A stretch of 64,000 nt of DNA from an uncultured Gammaproteobacteria bacterium (GCA_964522405.1 CAZFTR010000002.1:8032-72031), one strand, 5' to 3'. Shown: positions 40,316 through 49,969, numbered from the stretch's first letter. The notes: a model not told the origin generated them from the sequence alone. A program made the numbers and translations.

Positions 40316-40380
40316 AAAAAAAAACAAGCTCGGCAATGCTTGTTGGCCGCCTGCCTGACTGGAATCGTCAGGCAGGCGGC
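40316..40380 (-). terminator. 3' hairpins of high-GC cassette 2
   Basis: 14-bp perfect stem 40346-40359/40367-40380, then a 7-bp hairpin 40323-40344 followed by a U-tract on the minus strand. Confidence 0.8.
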
Positions 40381-40411
40381 TCATGCTGCTGCGTTACTTG
40401 CTCTCGACATC

Positions 40412-40897
40412 CTAGTCGATTTGGGCCAGTGCGATCACTTCGTGGTGATGCGAAACCGTGTCCATTGGCAGGTGGCGTGGGTCTACCCACCCTCCCGGCA
40501 TCTTGGGGTTCATGTCGAGTTCACCGAGAGTAACCTTGATGACCTGGCCGTAGAACCAGCCACGCTCCTCCTGATAGAAGAAGCCGGACTTGAGAGATCC
40601 GCGGCCATCGAGATCCAGGCCGAGCTCTGCTTGCCCGAGCCGGATCAAAGCCTTGTGGAAGTCCTCGCCAGATCGAAGAACCGTGCCCGGACAGTGCAGC
40701 TGTCCAGCGTACGAATCCCCACTTCGGCGGCGAGTCATCCAGACTTTTGGGTGATGCTGAACGGTTTTGACGACCACGACCTCAATGCACATTGTTGGTA
40801 CCAGCCGCGCAATGGCATTGAAGAGTTCAGGTCCGAGTGGATCTTTCGGATCGAGTTGCTTAAGGAACGCAGCAGCAGCTTCTCTCGTGTCGATCAT
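40412..40897 (-). CDS. High-GC Nudix hydrolase (GDP-mannose mannosyl hydrolase-like)
   Basis: F.AIARL.P, HCPGTVLRSGE...RL...ELG. SD AAGGAG 7 nt before ATG 40897; promoter TTGATT-N17-TAGTCT at 40954-40926. Confidence 0.82.
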   Translation of the reverse strand: MIDTREAAAAFLKQLDPKDPLGPELFNAIARLVPTMCIEVVVVKTVQHHPKVWMTRRRSGDSYAGQLHCPGTVLRSGEDFHKALIRLGQAELGLDLDGRGSLKSGFFYQEERGWFYGQVIKVTLGELDMNPKMPGGWVDPRHLPMDTVSHHHEVIALAQID

Positions 40898-40980
40898 TTG
40901 TTGACTCCTTGAGCTGCTGGATTTTAGACTAGCATAATTGTATAAAAAAATCAAGCCTACAGCCTGATTTTGTTTAGATT

Positions 40981-41487
40981 TTATTTGATCTTGTTTTTTA
41001 CTGCTGGCAAGATCCTATCTTTGTGATGTTTTACAAGTGGAACAGGTAATTTATTTATGGGCCACCACTGACCAGCTTTTGTTGGATCAGACTTTATTTC
41101 TATAGTATATATAATTGATTGAAACCAGCCACGTGCTTCATCATGAAAAAAATGCCCCACGTATTTGGGTTGGTTTTTGATAGTTGTACCCATTTCATTT
41201 TTTAAAACCCTTTTGATTGAATCTATTTCAAGTTCACCTTTTCTGATAATTGTTCCTGGGCAGTGCCATTCGCCGGCGTAGCAGTCTGAATTTGATCTTT
41301 TTGAAAGCCAGACATATGTTTGATCTTTTTCTTTTTTTAGAACAACTGCTTCAACTGTGGAGGTAGTGTATAATCTTGCTATCGCTTCAAACAATTCTTT
41401 TCCCAGATTTTCTTTTGGTTTGATTTGGTTGAGAATTTGAGCAGCTTGTTTTTGTAGATTTTCTGACATAAGATTTGTATTCATCAA
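40981..41487 (-). CDS. Low-GC Nudix hydrolase (GDP-mannose mannosyl hydrolase-like)
   Basis: WHCPGTIIRKGE...KRVLKNEMG; overlaps the rfbG stop. Confidence 0.82.
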   Translation of the reverse strand: MMNTNLMSENLQKQAAQILNQIKPKENLGKELFEAIARLYTTSTVEAVVLKKEKDQTYVWLSKRSNSDCYAGEWHCPGTIIRKGELEIDSIKRVLKNEMGTTIKNQPKYVGHFFHDEARGWFQSIIYTIEIKSDPTKAGQWWPINKLPVPLVKHHKDRILPAVKNKIK

Positions 41488-42557
41488 TTATTACTATTAA
41501 AAAATAAATCAATTTGTTTCTTTGTGGTATTTTTTATATTTTCATCTTCATAAAAATCTCTATACCAGTCCATGGTTAGTCGGAGAGTTTCTTCCAAGTT
41601 CAGTTTTGGAGACCAGGCAAGTTTTTCTTTTGCCTTTCCAATATCAAGTCTTAGTATTCCTGCTTCATGTCTTTTTTTATCCGGAATAATTTTGTAAGAG
41701 CCTTTTTGAGAAGTGCTTATTGCTTTTTTTACCAGTTCTTCCACGCTACAACTTTCTTGATCTTCCGGGCCAAAATTCCAAGCTCCTACAATTTCTTTTT
41801 CCCCTTGAAAAAGCTTTTTAGCTAAAATCATGTATCCGTTTAGTGGTTCGAGAACATGTTGCCAGGGGCGAATAGCATTTGGATTTCTTATTATTATTTC
41901 TTGATCATCCTCATAAATAGCTTTGATAATATCAGGAATCAATCTATATTCTCCCCAGTCTCCGCCACCAATCACATTTCCAGATCTGGCTATGGCTATA
42001 AGTGCCTCGTGACCTGCATCAGGTTTTTCAGGGTTGAAAAATGATTGAATATAAGATTGGGTAGTTATGTCTGCCGCTGCCTTGCTGGCACTATAGGGAT
42101 CATAACCTCCAAGAGCATCTTCTTCCTTGTAAGCGATTTCTTGTTCCAGATTTGCATAAACTTTGTCTGTGGTAATGATAACAGCAGATTTTACAGTTTT
42201 TGAATTGCGCAAGGCTTCCAGTAAATTGGCTGTGCCGATTACATTGCTTGAGTAAGTTTCTAGTGGATTTTCATAGCTTGGTCTGACAAGTGCTTGAGCT
42301 GCCAGATGAAAAACTATTTCTGGTTGATGTTCTTGAATTAAGTCATTTAGTTTTTCAAAATTTCGAATATCAACAATAGAGTGTTTAATTTTCTTTTCTA
42401 AATCTAAAGCTTCGAACATGCTATGCTTGCCGGTCATTGGTAGAGAGATGCCAACTACATCTGCACCCCAATTTGTCAAAGTATAACTAAGCCAGGATCC
42501 CTGAAATCCGGTATGGCCGGTAATTAATATTTTTTTATCTTTGAAAAAATCTTTCAT
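41484..42557 (-). CDS. rfbG: CDP-glucose 4,6-dehydratase
   Basis: TGHTGFQGSWL, HLAAQALVR, TTDKVY, DPYSASK, RSGNVIGGGDW, RPWQHVLEPL. Confidence 0.96.
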   Translation of the reverse strand: MKDFFKDKKILITGHTGFQGSWLSYTLTNWGADVVGISLPMTGKHSMFEALDLEKKIKHSIVDIRNFEKLNDLIQEHQPEIVFHLAAQALVRPSYENPLETYSSNVIGTANLLEALRNSKTVKSAVIITTDKVYANLEQEIAYKEEDALGGYDPYSASKAAADITTQSYIQSFFNPEKPDAGHEALIAIARSGNVIGGGDWGEYRLIPDIIKAIYEDDQEIIIRNPNAIRPWQHVLEPLNGYMILAKKLFQGEKEIVGAWNFGPEDQESCSVEELVKKAISTSQKGSYKIIPDKKRHEAGILRLDIGKAKEKLAWSPKLNLEETLRLTMDWYRDFYEDENIKNTTKKQIDLFFNSNN

Positions 42558-42560
42558 ATT

Positions 42561-43466
42561 CTATTCTAGGATTTTCTGCAATCCATCATCAAGTGATGTT
42601 TTTGCTTTCCAGTTGGTCTTTGTATTATTTTTTATATCAGCTACTGAATTCATGATTTCATTTTCTCGATAGGGGAGAGCGCCCCAGTTTAAATTTGATT
42701 TACTTTTGATTTCTCTTTTTAAAACCTCAACCACTTTTTTTATTGATTTTGAATGTCCACTTCCAATTTCAAATTGTCCAAAGTTTTCTAGACTGTCAAT
42801 ATTTTTTATGACGCTGGCAAAAGCTTGGGCAACATCATCAACATATATAAAATCTCTTTTTTGCTCACCAGGAGTTAGATCAATTGATTTGCCTGCTCTA
42901 AGTTTTTTAATTATAAATGGAATAAATTTATGATCATGATCATCTGGCCCATACATCTGGAATATGACCAGGTTTATCAGTTTAGTCTTACTGTCCTTGG
43001 TAACTTTTTTGGCATTTTCCAGAAATTCTTTTTTTGATTTTACATATGCAGATTCGTTTCCAGTAAATTTTATTTTTTCATTGAAAAAAGTATCAGCATT
43101 TATAAAGGCTTTTAAACCATTTTTAATTCCAAGTCCAAGTAAGTTTTTTGGTAGATCATAATTTACATGGTAAATGTCTTGGTCTGCTTCCTTGTTTCTG
43201 CCATAGCAAGTTGCTGTATGAATTATAAAATCAATATTTTCTTTTTGAAAAATTTCTGCCAAAGATCCATCTTCTATATCTATAAATTCCGGTTTGTTTT
43301 GCAAAACAAATTTATTTATTTTAGCAAGCTTTGAATTTTTACGCTTTAGGATAATTAATTTATATTGATCATCTTCCAAAAATAATTTTACAATCCTACT
43401 ACCTAAAAAACCAGTACCTCCGGTGATGAGTACTGTTTTTTTGCTATTTACTCCCATATTTTCCAT
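42561..43466 (-). CDS. CDP-3,6-dideoxyhexose 4-reductase (abequose/paratose synthase-like SDR)
   Basis: TGGTGFLGS, IHTATCYGR, FINADTFF, YVKSK, GEQKRDFIYVDD; lies between rfbF and rfbG. Confidence 0.78.
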   Translation of the reverse strand: MENMGVNSKKTVLITGGTGFLGSRIVKLFLEDDQYKLIILKRKNSKLAKINKFVLQNKPEFIDIEDGSLAEIFQKENIDFIIHTATCYGRNKEADQDIYHVNYDLPKNLLGLGIKNGLKAFINADTFFNEKIKFTGNESAYVKSKKEFLENAKKVTKDSKTKLINLVIFQMYGPDDHDHKFIPFIIKKLRAGKSIDLTPGEQKRDFIYVDDVAQAFASVIKNIDSLENFGQFEIGSGHSKSIKKVVEVLKREIKSKSNLNWGALPYRENEIMNSVADIKNNTKTNWKAKTSLDDGLQKILE

Positions 43467-44218
43467 TTTGGATCTTCTAGCCAGAGTTTTTCAAGATGTT
43501 TTTTGTCACGAAGAGTATCCATTGCTTTCCAAAAGCCCTCATGTTTAAATGCTGACATTTCTCCATCTTTTGCTAGATTTATCAATGGTTCTTGCTCCCA
43601 CATAACATCCTCTTTTGGGATATAGTCAAAAACTTGCGGTTTAAGCACAAAAAAACCACCATTTATCCAAGTGTTCTTATTATCAATTTTTTCAGCGAAT
43701 TTTTCTACTTTTCCATCATCTTCTATGTCCAGTGTTCCAAAACGTCCGTCTGGTTGTACTGCTGTGACAGTTGCCAATTTTTCTTGTTTTTTATGAAATT
43801 CAACAAGTTCCGAAATGTTTATATTTGCTACACCATCCCCGTATGTAAGCATAAAATCTTCTCCGTCTACATATGATTGCACAAGTTCTAATCTTCTGGC
43901 TGTTGATGATTTATTTCCAGTTTCTACAAGAGTAACTTTCCAATCTTCTTGGTGATTTTTATGGACAGTTTTTTGATTTGTTTTCAAATCAATAGTTATG
44001 TCTGAGCTGTGAAGATAGTAATTGGCAAACCATTCTTTGATCATATAACCTTTGTATCCAAGACAGATGACAAAATCATTGAAACCATAGTGTGAATATA
44101 TTTTCATGATATGCCAGAGAATAGGCATTCCACCGATTTCTACCATTGGCTTTGGTTTTGTATATGTTTCTTCTGATAGGCGTGAACCAACACCACCTGC
44201 AAAAATTACAACTTTCAT
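43448..44218 (-). CDS. rfbF: Glucose-1-phosphate cytidylyltransferase
   Basis: AGGVGSRLSEET..KPKPMVEIG, LTYGDG, WINGGFFV, FWKAMDTLRD. Confidence 0.96.
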   Translation of the reverse strand: MKVVIFAGGVGSRLSEETYTKPKPMVEIGGMPILWHIMKIYSHYGFNDFVICLGYKGYMIKEWFANYYLHSSDITIDLKTNQKTVHKNHQEDWKVTLVETGNKSSTARRLELVQSYVDGEDFMLTYGDGVANINISELVEFHKKQEKLATVTAVQPDGRFGTLDIEDDGKVEKFAEKIDNKNTWINGGFFVLKPQVFDYIPKEDVMWEQEPLINLAKDGEMSAFKHEGFWKAMDTLRDKKHLEKLWLEDPKWKIWE

Positions 44219-44221
44219 ATT

Positions 44222-44923
44222 TTATTTTTTAGAAAATTTTGATTTTAAGAGATTTTTGAAAAATTCAATACAAACATTGAATCTGACATTTGATTTTCCA
44301 TGTTTTCTAGGATGAAAGTCAATGGGTAACTCAATGATTTGTTCAGGCTTAAGATTTTTAACAGCATGAATCATGATTTCTGCATCTATGAACCAATCAT
44401 CTGATTTTAGTGGAAGCATGGCTTTGAGTAGATCTTTTCTAAAGATTTTTGGACCGGAATTAATATCTTTTATTTTGCCGCCATGAATTAATTTAAATAA
44501 TACTTGGTAAATAGAGCTGATAAAGACTCGATATTGTCCATCGTATCGTTTTCTGCGATAAGTTTTTACAAACTTAATATTAGGATTTTCAAATTTATCC
44601 AGCATTTCTCTAACAATGTGAGCATCAAACTGGTTATCTCCCCATATAAATCCACAAATATCACTGTCTAATTGGTTAAGACATTGCTTTACACCATATC
44701 CGTATCCTTGGTTTACTTTAATTTTGATATGGCTGACACCATCATATTTTTCTTCTAGATTTTTTACCACCTCTGCCGTGTCATCTGTTGAGCCATTATC
44801 TATGATTATAATTTTTCCATCTATATTTGTTTTTTGCTTGAAAACATCTGCCAGAGCTTTTACTACTTCTGGCATGTTTTTTGATTCATTGTAAGAGAGA
44901 ACGCCTATTGAACAGCTGGTCAT
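44222..44923 (-). CDS. Glycosyltransferase family 2 (polyprenol-phosphate glycosyltransferase-like)
   Basis: YNE, IDNGSTD, NQGYGYG, GDNQ, RKHGKS. Promoter TTGACC-N17-TAAAAT at 44981-44953. Confidence 0.88.
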   Translation of the reverse strand: MTSCSIGVLSYNESKNMPEVVKALADVFKQKTNIDGKIIIIDNGSTDDTAEVVKNLEEKYDGVSHIKIKVNQGYGYGVKQCLNQLDSDICGFIWGDNQFDAHIVREMLDKFENPNIKFVKTYRRKRYDGQYRVFISSIYQVLFKLIHGGKIKDINSGPKIFRKDLLKAMLPLKSDDWFIDAEIMIHAVKNLKPEQIIELPIDFHPRKHGKSNVRFNVCIEFFKNLLKSKFSKK

Positions 44924-45010
44924 ATTTATTAAATTAAAGGATAATTGCTCTTATTTTAGCAATATATTGATATCTGGTCAATATATTTAAGAGCTAAGTA
45001 AATGCTTCAG

Positions 45011-45118
45011 GATTTATGCCGTAAAGACAGATGAGACATTCCGCAGCCACCTTGCTGGTGCTGAAAGCAGAGCTGCAAGAGAGGCGAGGACGGCGAAGCT
45101 GTTTTTACGGCATAAATC
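45011..45118. repeat. 108-bp MITE/REP-like element or structured RNA with 20-bp terminal inverted repeats
   Basis: gatttatgccgtaaagacag / ctgtttttacggcataaatc (19 of 20 positions match) around a GC-richer branched core. Confidence 0.75.
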
Positions 45119-45196
45119 ACTTCTATTTTTAATCAATCTCAAAATATAGGAACACTACTAGTAGTGAAGTGGATAAAAATTCTAAATCAAGACTAC

Positions 45197-45226
45197 TTGA
45201 CACCTATTGACACCTTTTGCTATACT
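45197..45226 (+). promoter_or_regulatory. sigma70 promoter overlapped by two TTGACACCT direct repeats
   Basis: TTGACACCT at 45197-45205 and 45207-45215; TGc-TATACT at 45221-45226. Confidence 0.75.
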
Positions 45227-45247
45227 TAATTAACTTAAAATAAGCAT

Positions 45248-45493
45248 ATGCCAGAAATTAAACCCAATGAAGTTTATACTACAGAAGAGGTAGAAAAACT
45301 TCTAAAAATCAGCAAAAGTACAGTAAAACGCCTTCTTAAGAAAGGGCTTATTCGTGCCAATAAAGTTGGTGGACAATATCGTATTCTTGGACATGAGCTG
45401 TTGAAAATGCTTTCTCCGGATATAGACAAAAAAGCAACCAGAATTTATCAGAATATCAAGAAAAAAACCATTGAAAAAACTAAGAATTGGTAA
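45248..45493 (+). CDS. Excisionase/BldC-like HTH_17 regulator
   Basis: VYTTEEVEKLLKISKSTVKRLLKKGLIRANKVGGQYRI. Confidence 0.88.
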   Translation: MPEIKPNEVYTTEEVEKLLKISKSTVKRLLKKGLIRANKVGGQYRILGHELLKMLSPDIDKKATRIYQNIKKKTIEKTKNW

Positions 45494-45504
45494 TTTTATT
45501 TTTT

Positions 45505-46452
45505 ATGAAAATTTTAGTAACCGGAGGAAGTGGGTATGTTGGTTCAGTTCTTGTGCCAAAATTACTTGAGAATGGGTACCAAGTAAGGGTATTTGATAAT
45601 CTCTTGTTTGATCAGACCTCGATGTTGTCTCATTTTATAAATCCCAACTTTGAATTTATTAGGGGAGATGTACGTGATAAAGATGCTCTCGGATCAGCTG
45701 TAGATGATGTTGATTTGATAATCCATTTGGCTGCTATTGTTGGCGCTCCGGCTTGTAATGCTGATCCTAAATTGGCAGAAGAAGTAAATTATCAAGGGAC
45801 AGTAAATCTTGATTTGGTTCGTTCAGAAAATCAGCCAGTCTTATTTGCTTCAACAGGTAGTAATTACGGCGCAGTTGATGGTATATGTACAGAAGACAAT
45901 GAGCTTGAGCCATTATCTATTTATGGAATAACTAAAACCAAAGCAGAAGAGCATTTGAAAAATTCAGGAAATATGATTGGTTTTAGATTTGCTACGGCCT
46001 TTGGTATATCTCCGAGATTGCGTTTGGATCTTATGCCCAATGATTTTGCTTTTCAAGCGCTTAAATCCGGTAATATTATTGTTTATGAAAAAGATGTTAA
46101 AAGAACCTTTATCCATGTTGCAGATATGGCCAGGGCATTTTTGCATGCTATAGAAAATTATCAGATAATGAAAAATGAAATTTACAATGTCGGAGACGAG
46201 AGCCTTAATGCTACAAAAGAAGATATTGCAAACTTAGTAAAGAAAAAAATAGATTATTATCTGCATTTTGCAGAAATTGATTCTGATCCTGATAAACGAG
46301 ACTATGAGGTTAGTTATGAGAAAATTAGAAACACAGGATATAAAACTACCATTAGCCTAGAAGAGGGTATTGATGAAATGGTAAAAGCATTCAAGCTAGT
46401 TAATTTGAGCGATCCTTATAGAAATTTTAATTTTATTTCCGGAAACCGATAA
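45505..46452 (+). CDS. NAD-dependent epimerase/dehydratase (extended SDR)
   Basis: TGGSGYVGS, HLAAIVG.PAC, YGITK, RFATAFG.SPRLRLDL. Confidence 0.9.
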   Translation: MKILVTGGSGYVGSVLVPKLLENGYQVRVFDNLLFDQTSMLSHFINPNFEFIRGDVRDKDALGSAVDDVDLIIHLAAIVGAPACNADPKLAEEVNYQGTVNLDLVRSENQPVLFASTGSNYGAVDGICTEDNELEPLSIYGITKTKAEEHLKNSGNMIGFRFATAFGISPRLRLDLMPNDFAFQALKSGNIIVYEKDVKRTFIHVADMARAFLHAIENYQIMKNEIYNVGDESLNATKEDIANLVKKKIDYYLHFAEIDSDPDKRDYEVSYEKIRNTGYKTTISLEEGIDEMVKAFKLVNLSDPYRNFNFISGNR

Positions 46453-46456
46453 ATCT

Positions 46457-48007
46457 ATGGTTGATCATGTTAAAAAAATTGGATTTGGAACAGCTACCAG
46501 TTTTATTTCTACGGGAATAAGTATTCTAGCTTCCATAATTACAGTGCCGCTTTTTATTAAGGCGGTGGGAAGTGATCTCTATGGTTTGTTTGTGGTGGTA
46601 ACTTCTGTTGTTGGTTTTGTAGGTCTTACTGATTTTGGTCTTTCCGGCGCAATCACCAATCAGATTGCTTACTTGTTTGCTGAACAGAAAAAGAAAGAAA
46701 TTTCAGAATTATTCAGTGGGGCAATGATATTTTTTGGTTCACTATTGCTTGGTGTGTTTGTAATTATTGCCGGATTATTTTTTGCAGATATTGTTTCTGC
46801 TTCCTTTATATTTGGTGTTGAAGATGCTCTGGTTGATTTGACCGGTAGCCTTTTCTTTATACTTTTAACTTTTTATACAATTAATTTACTGTTTGGTAGT
46901 TTATTAGTGTCTTTTTTTAAAGGTTTAAATGAAATTCCCAAATACAATATTATTCAGAGTTCTTATATTATTGTCTATTCCATTTCATTTGTAGTTTTTT
47001 TGCTCAACAAGCCTTCAATAATTTCAATTGCTTTTTTTCAAGGGATCTTTTTCATTTTAAGGGTGATTTTGTTATATGTTTCGGCCAAGAAATTATTTAG
47101 CTGGTTTAGATTTTATTTTAAATTATCACTTCTAAAAAGAATTAAGCCCTTACTTAAGCATAGTTTTTATTTTTTTCTTCTCATGCTTCTAAGTTCATTG
47201 ATAACCAAGACAGACATGTTGGTTTTATCCCATGTTGTTGGTGTGGGTATGGCAGCCACCTTTGCTATAGGTGACAGAATTTTTAAATTGCCAACCAGTA
47301 TGGTCACAGTTGCTGCTTCAGCTATGCCAAGTATTGCTCATTATTTTAAATTAAATGATCTATCTGCTTTGAGTAAAATGTATTCTCAAGTATTGCGCAT
47401 GAATATAGTTTTTAAATGTGCGCCTCTACTTTTTATCTTGGTTTATTCAAAAGAAATAATAAGTTTATGGGTTGGTCCTGAATTTTTTGGAGGCTATTAT
47501 CTGGTTTCTTTATTTTTCCTAAGTTACATGATTTATGCTTGGGTTGGTCCTCATTTTGCTTTTATAAATAGCATGTTTAAGCATAGATCAGAAGTTATTC
47601 CCATGACAGTAAATGTGATCATAAATTTGGGAACTTCAATTTTCTTTGCTTATCATATTGGTATAATTGGAATTATACTTGGTACTGTTTTAGGTAACTT
47701 GCTAACAAATGCAATTTATTTGCCAATTTTCTTGTCTAGACAAATTGATATTAAGCCATTTAAGGATCTTTACCGAGTAGTTGTTTCATTTGCGATTCCG
47801 GCAATATTCCTAGTAGCAATGCATTATTTGAATTTTTATATTCTTCAGGGTATTATTCTACAACTGGCATTTGCAACGCTAGTAATGGGTATTTATGGGT
47901 TTGTCTGCTGGATGGTGGTACTTCAGAAAAATGAAAAGCAGTTTTTTATAGATAAATCTATCAACGCTCTTAGAAAATTGGGATTTTCAACTGCTCTTAA
48001 GAGTTAA
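46457..48007 (+). CDS. Wzx-like polysaccharide flippase
   Basis: Many TM helices; YGLF, DFGL and TDMLVLS.VVG...A.F motifs. Confidence 0.85.
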   Translation: MVDHVKKIGFGTATSFISTGISILASIITVPLFIKAVGSDLYGLFVVVTSVVGFVGLTDFGLSGAITNQIAYLFAEQKKKEISELFSGAMIFFGSLLLGVFVIIAGLFFADIVSASFIFGVEDALVDLTGSLFFILLTFYTINLLFGSLLVSFFKGLNEIPKYNIIQSSYIIVYSISFVVFLLNKPSIISIAFFQGIFFILRVILLYVSAKKLFSWFRFYFKLSLLKRIKPLLKHSFYFFLLMLLSSLITKTDMLVLSHVVGVGMAATFAIGDRIFKLPTSMVTVAASAMPSIAHYFKLNDLSALSKMYSQVLRMNIVFKCAPLLFILVYSKEIISLWVGPEFFGGYYLVSLFFLSYMIYAWVGPHFAFINSMFKHRSEVIPMTVNVIINLGTSIFFAYHIGIIGIILGTVLGNLLTNAIYLPIFLSRQIDIKPFKDLYRVVVSFAIPAIFLVAMHYLNFYILQGIILQLAFATLVMGIYGFVCWMVVLQKNEKQFFIDKSINALRKLGFSTALKS

Positions 48008-48013
48008 TATTCT

Positions 48014-49288
48014 ATGACTGAAAAACGAAAAAAAAGCCTATTGCTCATAGTTGGAATTTTGGCTGGACTTTTTTTATTTATTTCTAAATTTGGCGGATGG
48101 GATGGTTTTAAAACCAGTTTAATAAGTAAGGCTGGACAGACTGCCATATCTCTTTCATCAAATAAGGATTTTCTAAACAATGTCTTGGGTTTTGATCACA
48201 GAAAACAGTATATTTTTGTTTTGCTTGATAATCAGAAATTGACTTCATTTGGCGGTACACCAACTATGTATTCTGTAATCAATGTTGAAAATGGAATTTT
48301 TTCTGTTTCTGAATTTAATCTCATAGATGCAGAAGATGTCGAATTCATAAGTAACCAAAAAGTCGATCTTAATTTTGAAGAAGTATCAAAAAAATTTGCT
48401 GAGTTCTATGGAGATAAATCAGAAAATTCAGAGAATGCCAAAGCAGTAATTGGATTTACTTACTCTTCTCTTGAAGATATTTTGAAATTAGTTGGAGAAT
48501 TTGAATTTAAACATAAACAATTCTCACATCAAAATACAGCAGAATTGGTAGCTGAAATTGCAAATTCACAATCTGACTTTGGAATCAAACAAAACCAACA
48601 AGTTTCAGGTTTTTTGGAATTAGTGATGGGTCAGGCTAAAGAAGGTTTTTTTAAGCATAGGCGTGATTATGTTAAAACTTTAAAAAATATTTTTGTAGAA
48701 GAAAAAGCATTTATATATCATTTTGATTCAGGTATTTACAACAAACTTATCTCTGAGGGTTTGGTCAAGACTACAGAAAATTATCAAAATGACATCATTG
48801 GTTTAGTTGAAAATGAAATTAGTTCTGCAGAGGTTAACAGACTGGTAAATAGAGAATTAAATTATCAGATTTCAAAAGGATCTGATGATCTATCAAAGGG
48901 AAACTTGTCTCTGGTTTATAAATATCAAAAAGTTGAGGATATAAGTCAGTCATACATCTCCAAAATAAATTTATCAGTAAAAATTGATGGCCTGCCAATG
49001 GATAAAGATTTTGATTTGGAGTTGTTGCCCGGAGAAGAGAAAGAATTGAAAATGGAATTTGATCTTTCTAGTAGTATTGAATCAAGCTTAAAGGCAGGTA
49101 AATATCTTGTTTTGCTAAACAAGCAACTCGGAGAAGATGATTTGGATTTTTCCATTGATTTTGATCTGAAAAAAGATCTTGAGTCATGCACTCCTTTTGA
49201 AGAAGTTTATTCATCAAGCAAAACCAGATGTATTTTAAAAACTAAAATTAAATCTGATTCAGAATTTTCTTTTATTTATAACCAATAA
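48014..49288 (+). CDS. Membrane-anchored hypothetical protein (degenerate DUF4012-like)
   Basis: N-terminal TM; YIFVLLDNQKLTSFGG resembles the DUF4012 LxQNxxExRxxGG motif. Confidence 0.5.
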   Translation: MTEKRKKSLLLIVGILAGLFLFISKFGGWDGFKTSLISKAGQTAISLSSNKDFLNNVLGFDHRKQYIFVLLDNQKLTSFGGTPTMYSVINVENGIFSVSEFNLIDAEDVEFISNQKVDLNFEEVSKKFAEFYGDKSENSENAKAVIGFTYSSLEDILKLVGEFEFKHKQFSHQNTAELVAEIANSQSDFGIKQNQQVSGFLELVMGQAKEGFFKHRRDYVKTLKNIFVEEKAFIYHFDSGIYNKLISEGLVKTTENYQNDIIGLVENEISSAEVNRLVNRELNYQISKGSDDLSKGNLSLVYKYQKVEDISQSYISKINLSVKIDGLPMDKDFDLELLPGEEKELKMEFDLSSSIESSLKAGKYLVLLNKQLGEDDLDFSIDFDLKKDLESCTPFEEVYSSSKTRCILKTKIKSDSEFSFIYNQ

Positions 49289-49291
49289 AAT

Positions 49292-49900
49292 ATGTTAAAA
49301 ATAATTCACAGAATAAATACCATAAAGGAATTAAGAGAAATTCCTGAGAATTATGGAGTTGAAATTGATATTCGTGGATATGGAGATCAGCTTCTGTTGA
49401 GTCATGATCCAATTGAACAATCAAAACTGGATCAATATGATAACCTGGAAAAATATCTTGAGAATTATTCACATAGTTTGGTGGTCTTTAATCTTAAGGA
49501 GGCTGGATATGAAAGGAGAATTGCTGAGCTGGTAGAAAAACATGGAATCACTGAGTATTTTTTGTTGGATGTGGAATTTCCATACTTGTACAGTGCGACA
49601 CGTTCAGGTAAAAATCGTAAAATTGCCGCTCGCTATAGTGAAGCTGAGCCAATAGAATCTGTAGAAGCTCAGATATTAGATGATAAACCTTTGCTAGATT
49701 GGGTTTGGATTGATACCAATACTGTTTTACCGCTGGATATAGAGAGTGTGAAGAGACTTAAACCTTTTAAAACCTGCCTGGTCAGTCCTGATCGATGGGG
49801 AAGACCAGAAGATATTGAGCCATATATTGCAAAAATGAAAGACTTGTCTTTTGAGCTTGATGCTGTTATGGTGGGGAAAGAGCATGTTAATAAGTGGTAG
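49292..49900 (+). CDS. Glycerophosphodiester phosphodiesterase/PLC-like TIM-barrel protein
   Basis: IHRIN, GVEIDIR, SHDP, NLKE, WVWID, CLVSP. Confidence 0.75.
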   Translation: MLKIIHRINTIKELREIPENYGVEIDIRGYGDQLLLSHDPIEQSKLDQYDNLEKYLENYSHSLVVFNLKEAGYERRIAELVEKHGITEYFLLDVEFPYLYSATRSGKNRKIAARYSEAEPIESVEAQILDDKPLLDWVWIDTNTVLPLDIESVKRLKPFKTCLVSPDRWGRPEDIEPYIAKMKDLSFELDAVMVGKEHVNKW

Positions 49901-49969
49901 TTTATGATTGATATAAGACCTGCTTTTTTGTAATTTAAAAATTAATCTACTAGTTACTAAATAAATTCT

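Noticed and set aside
10843-45493. Two excisionase-like genes as prophage or ICE markers
   Set aside because: No integrase or phage genes; better explained as standalone HTH regulators.
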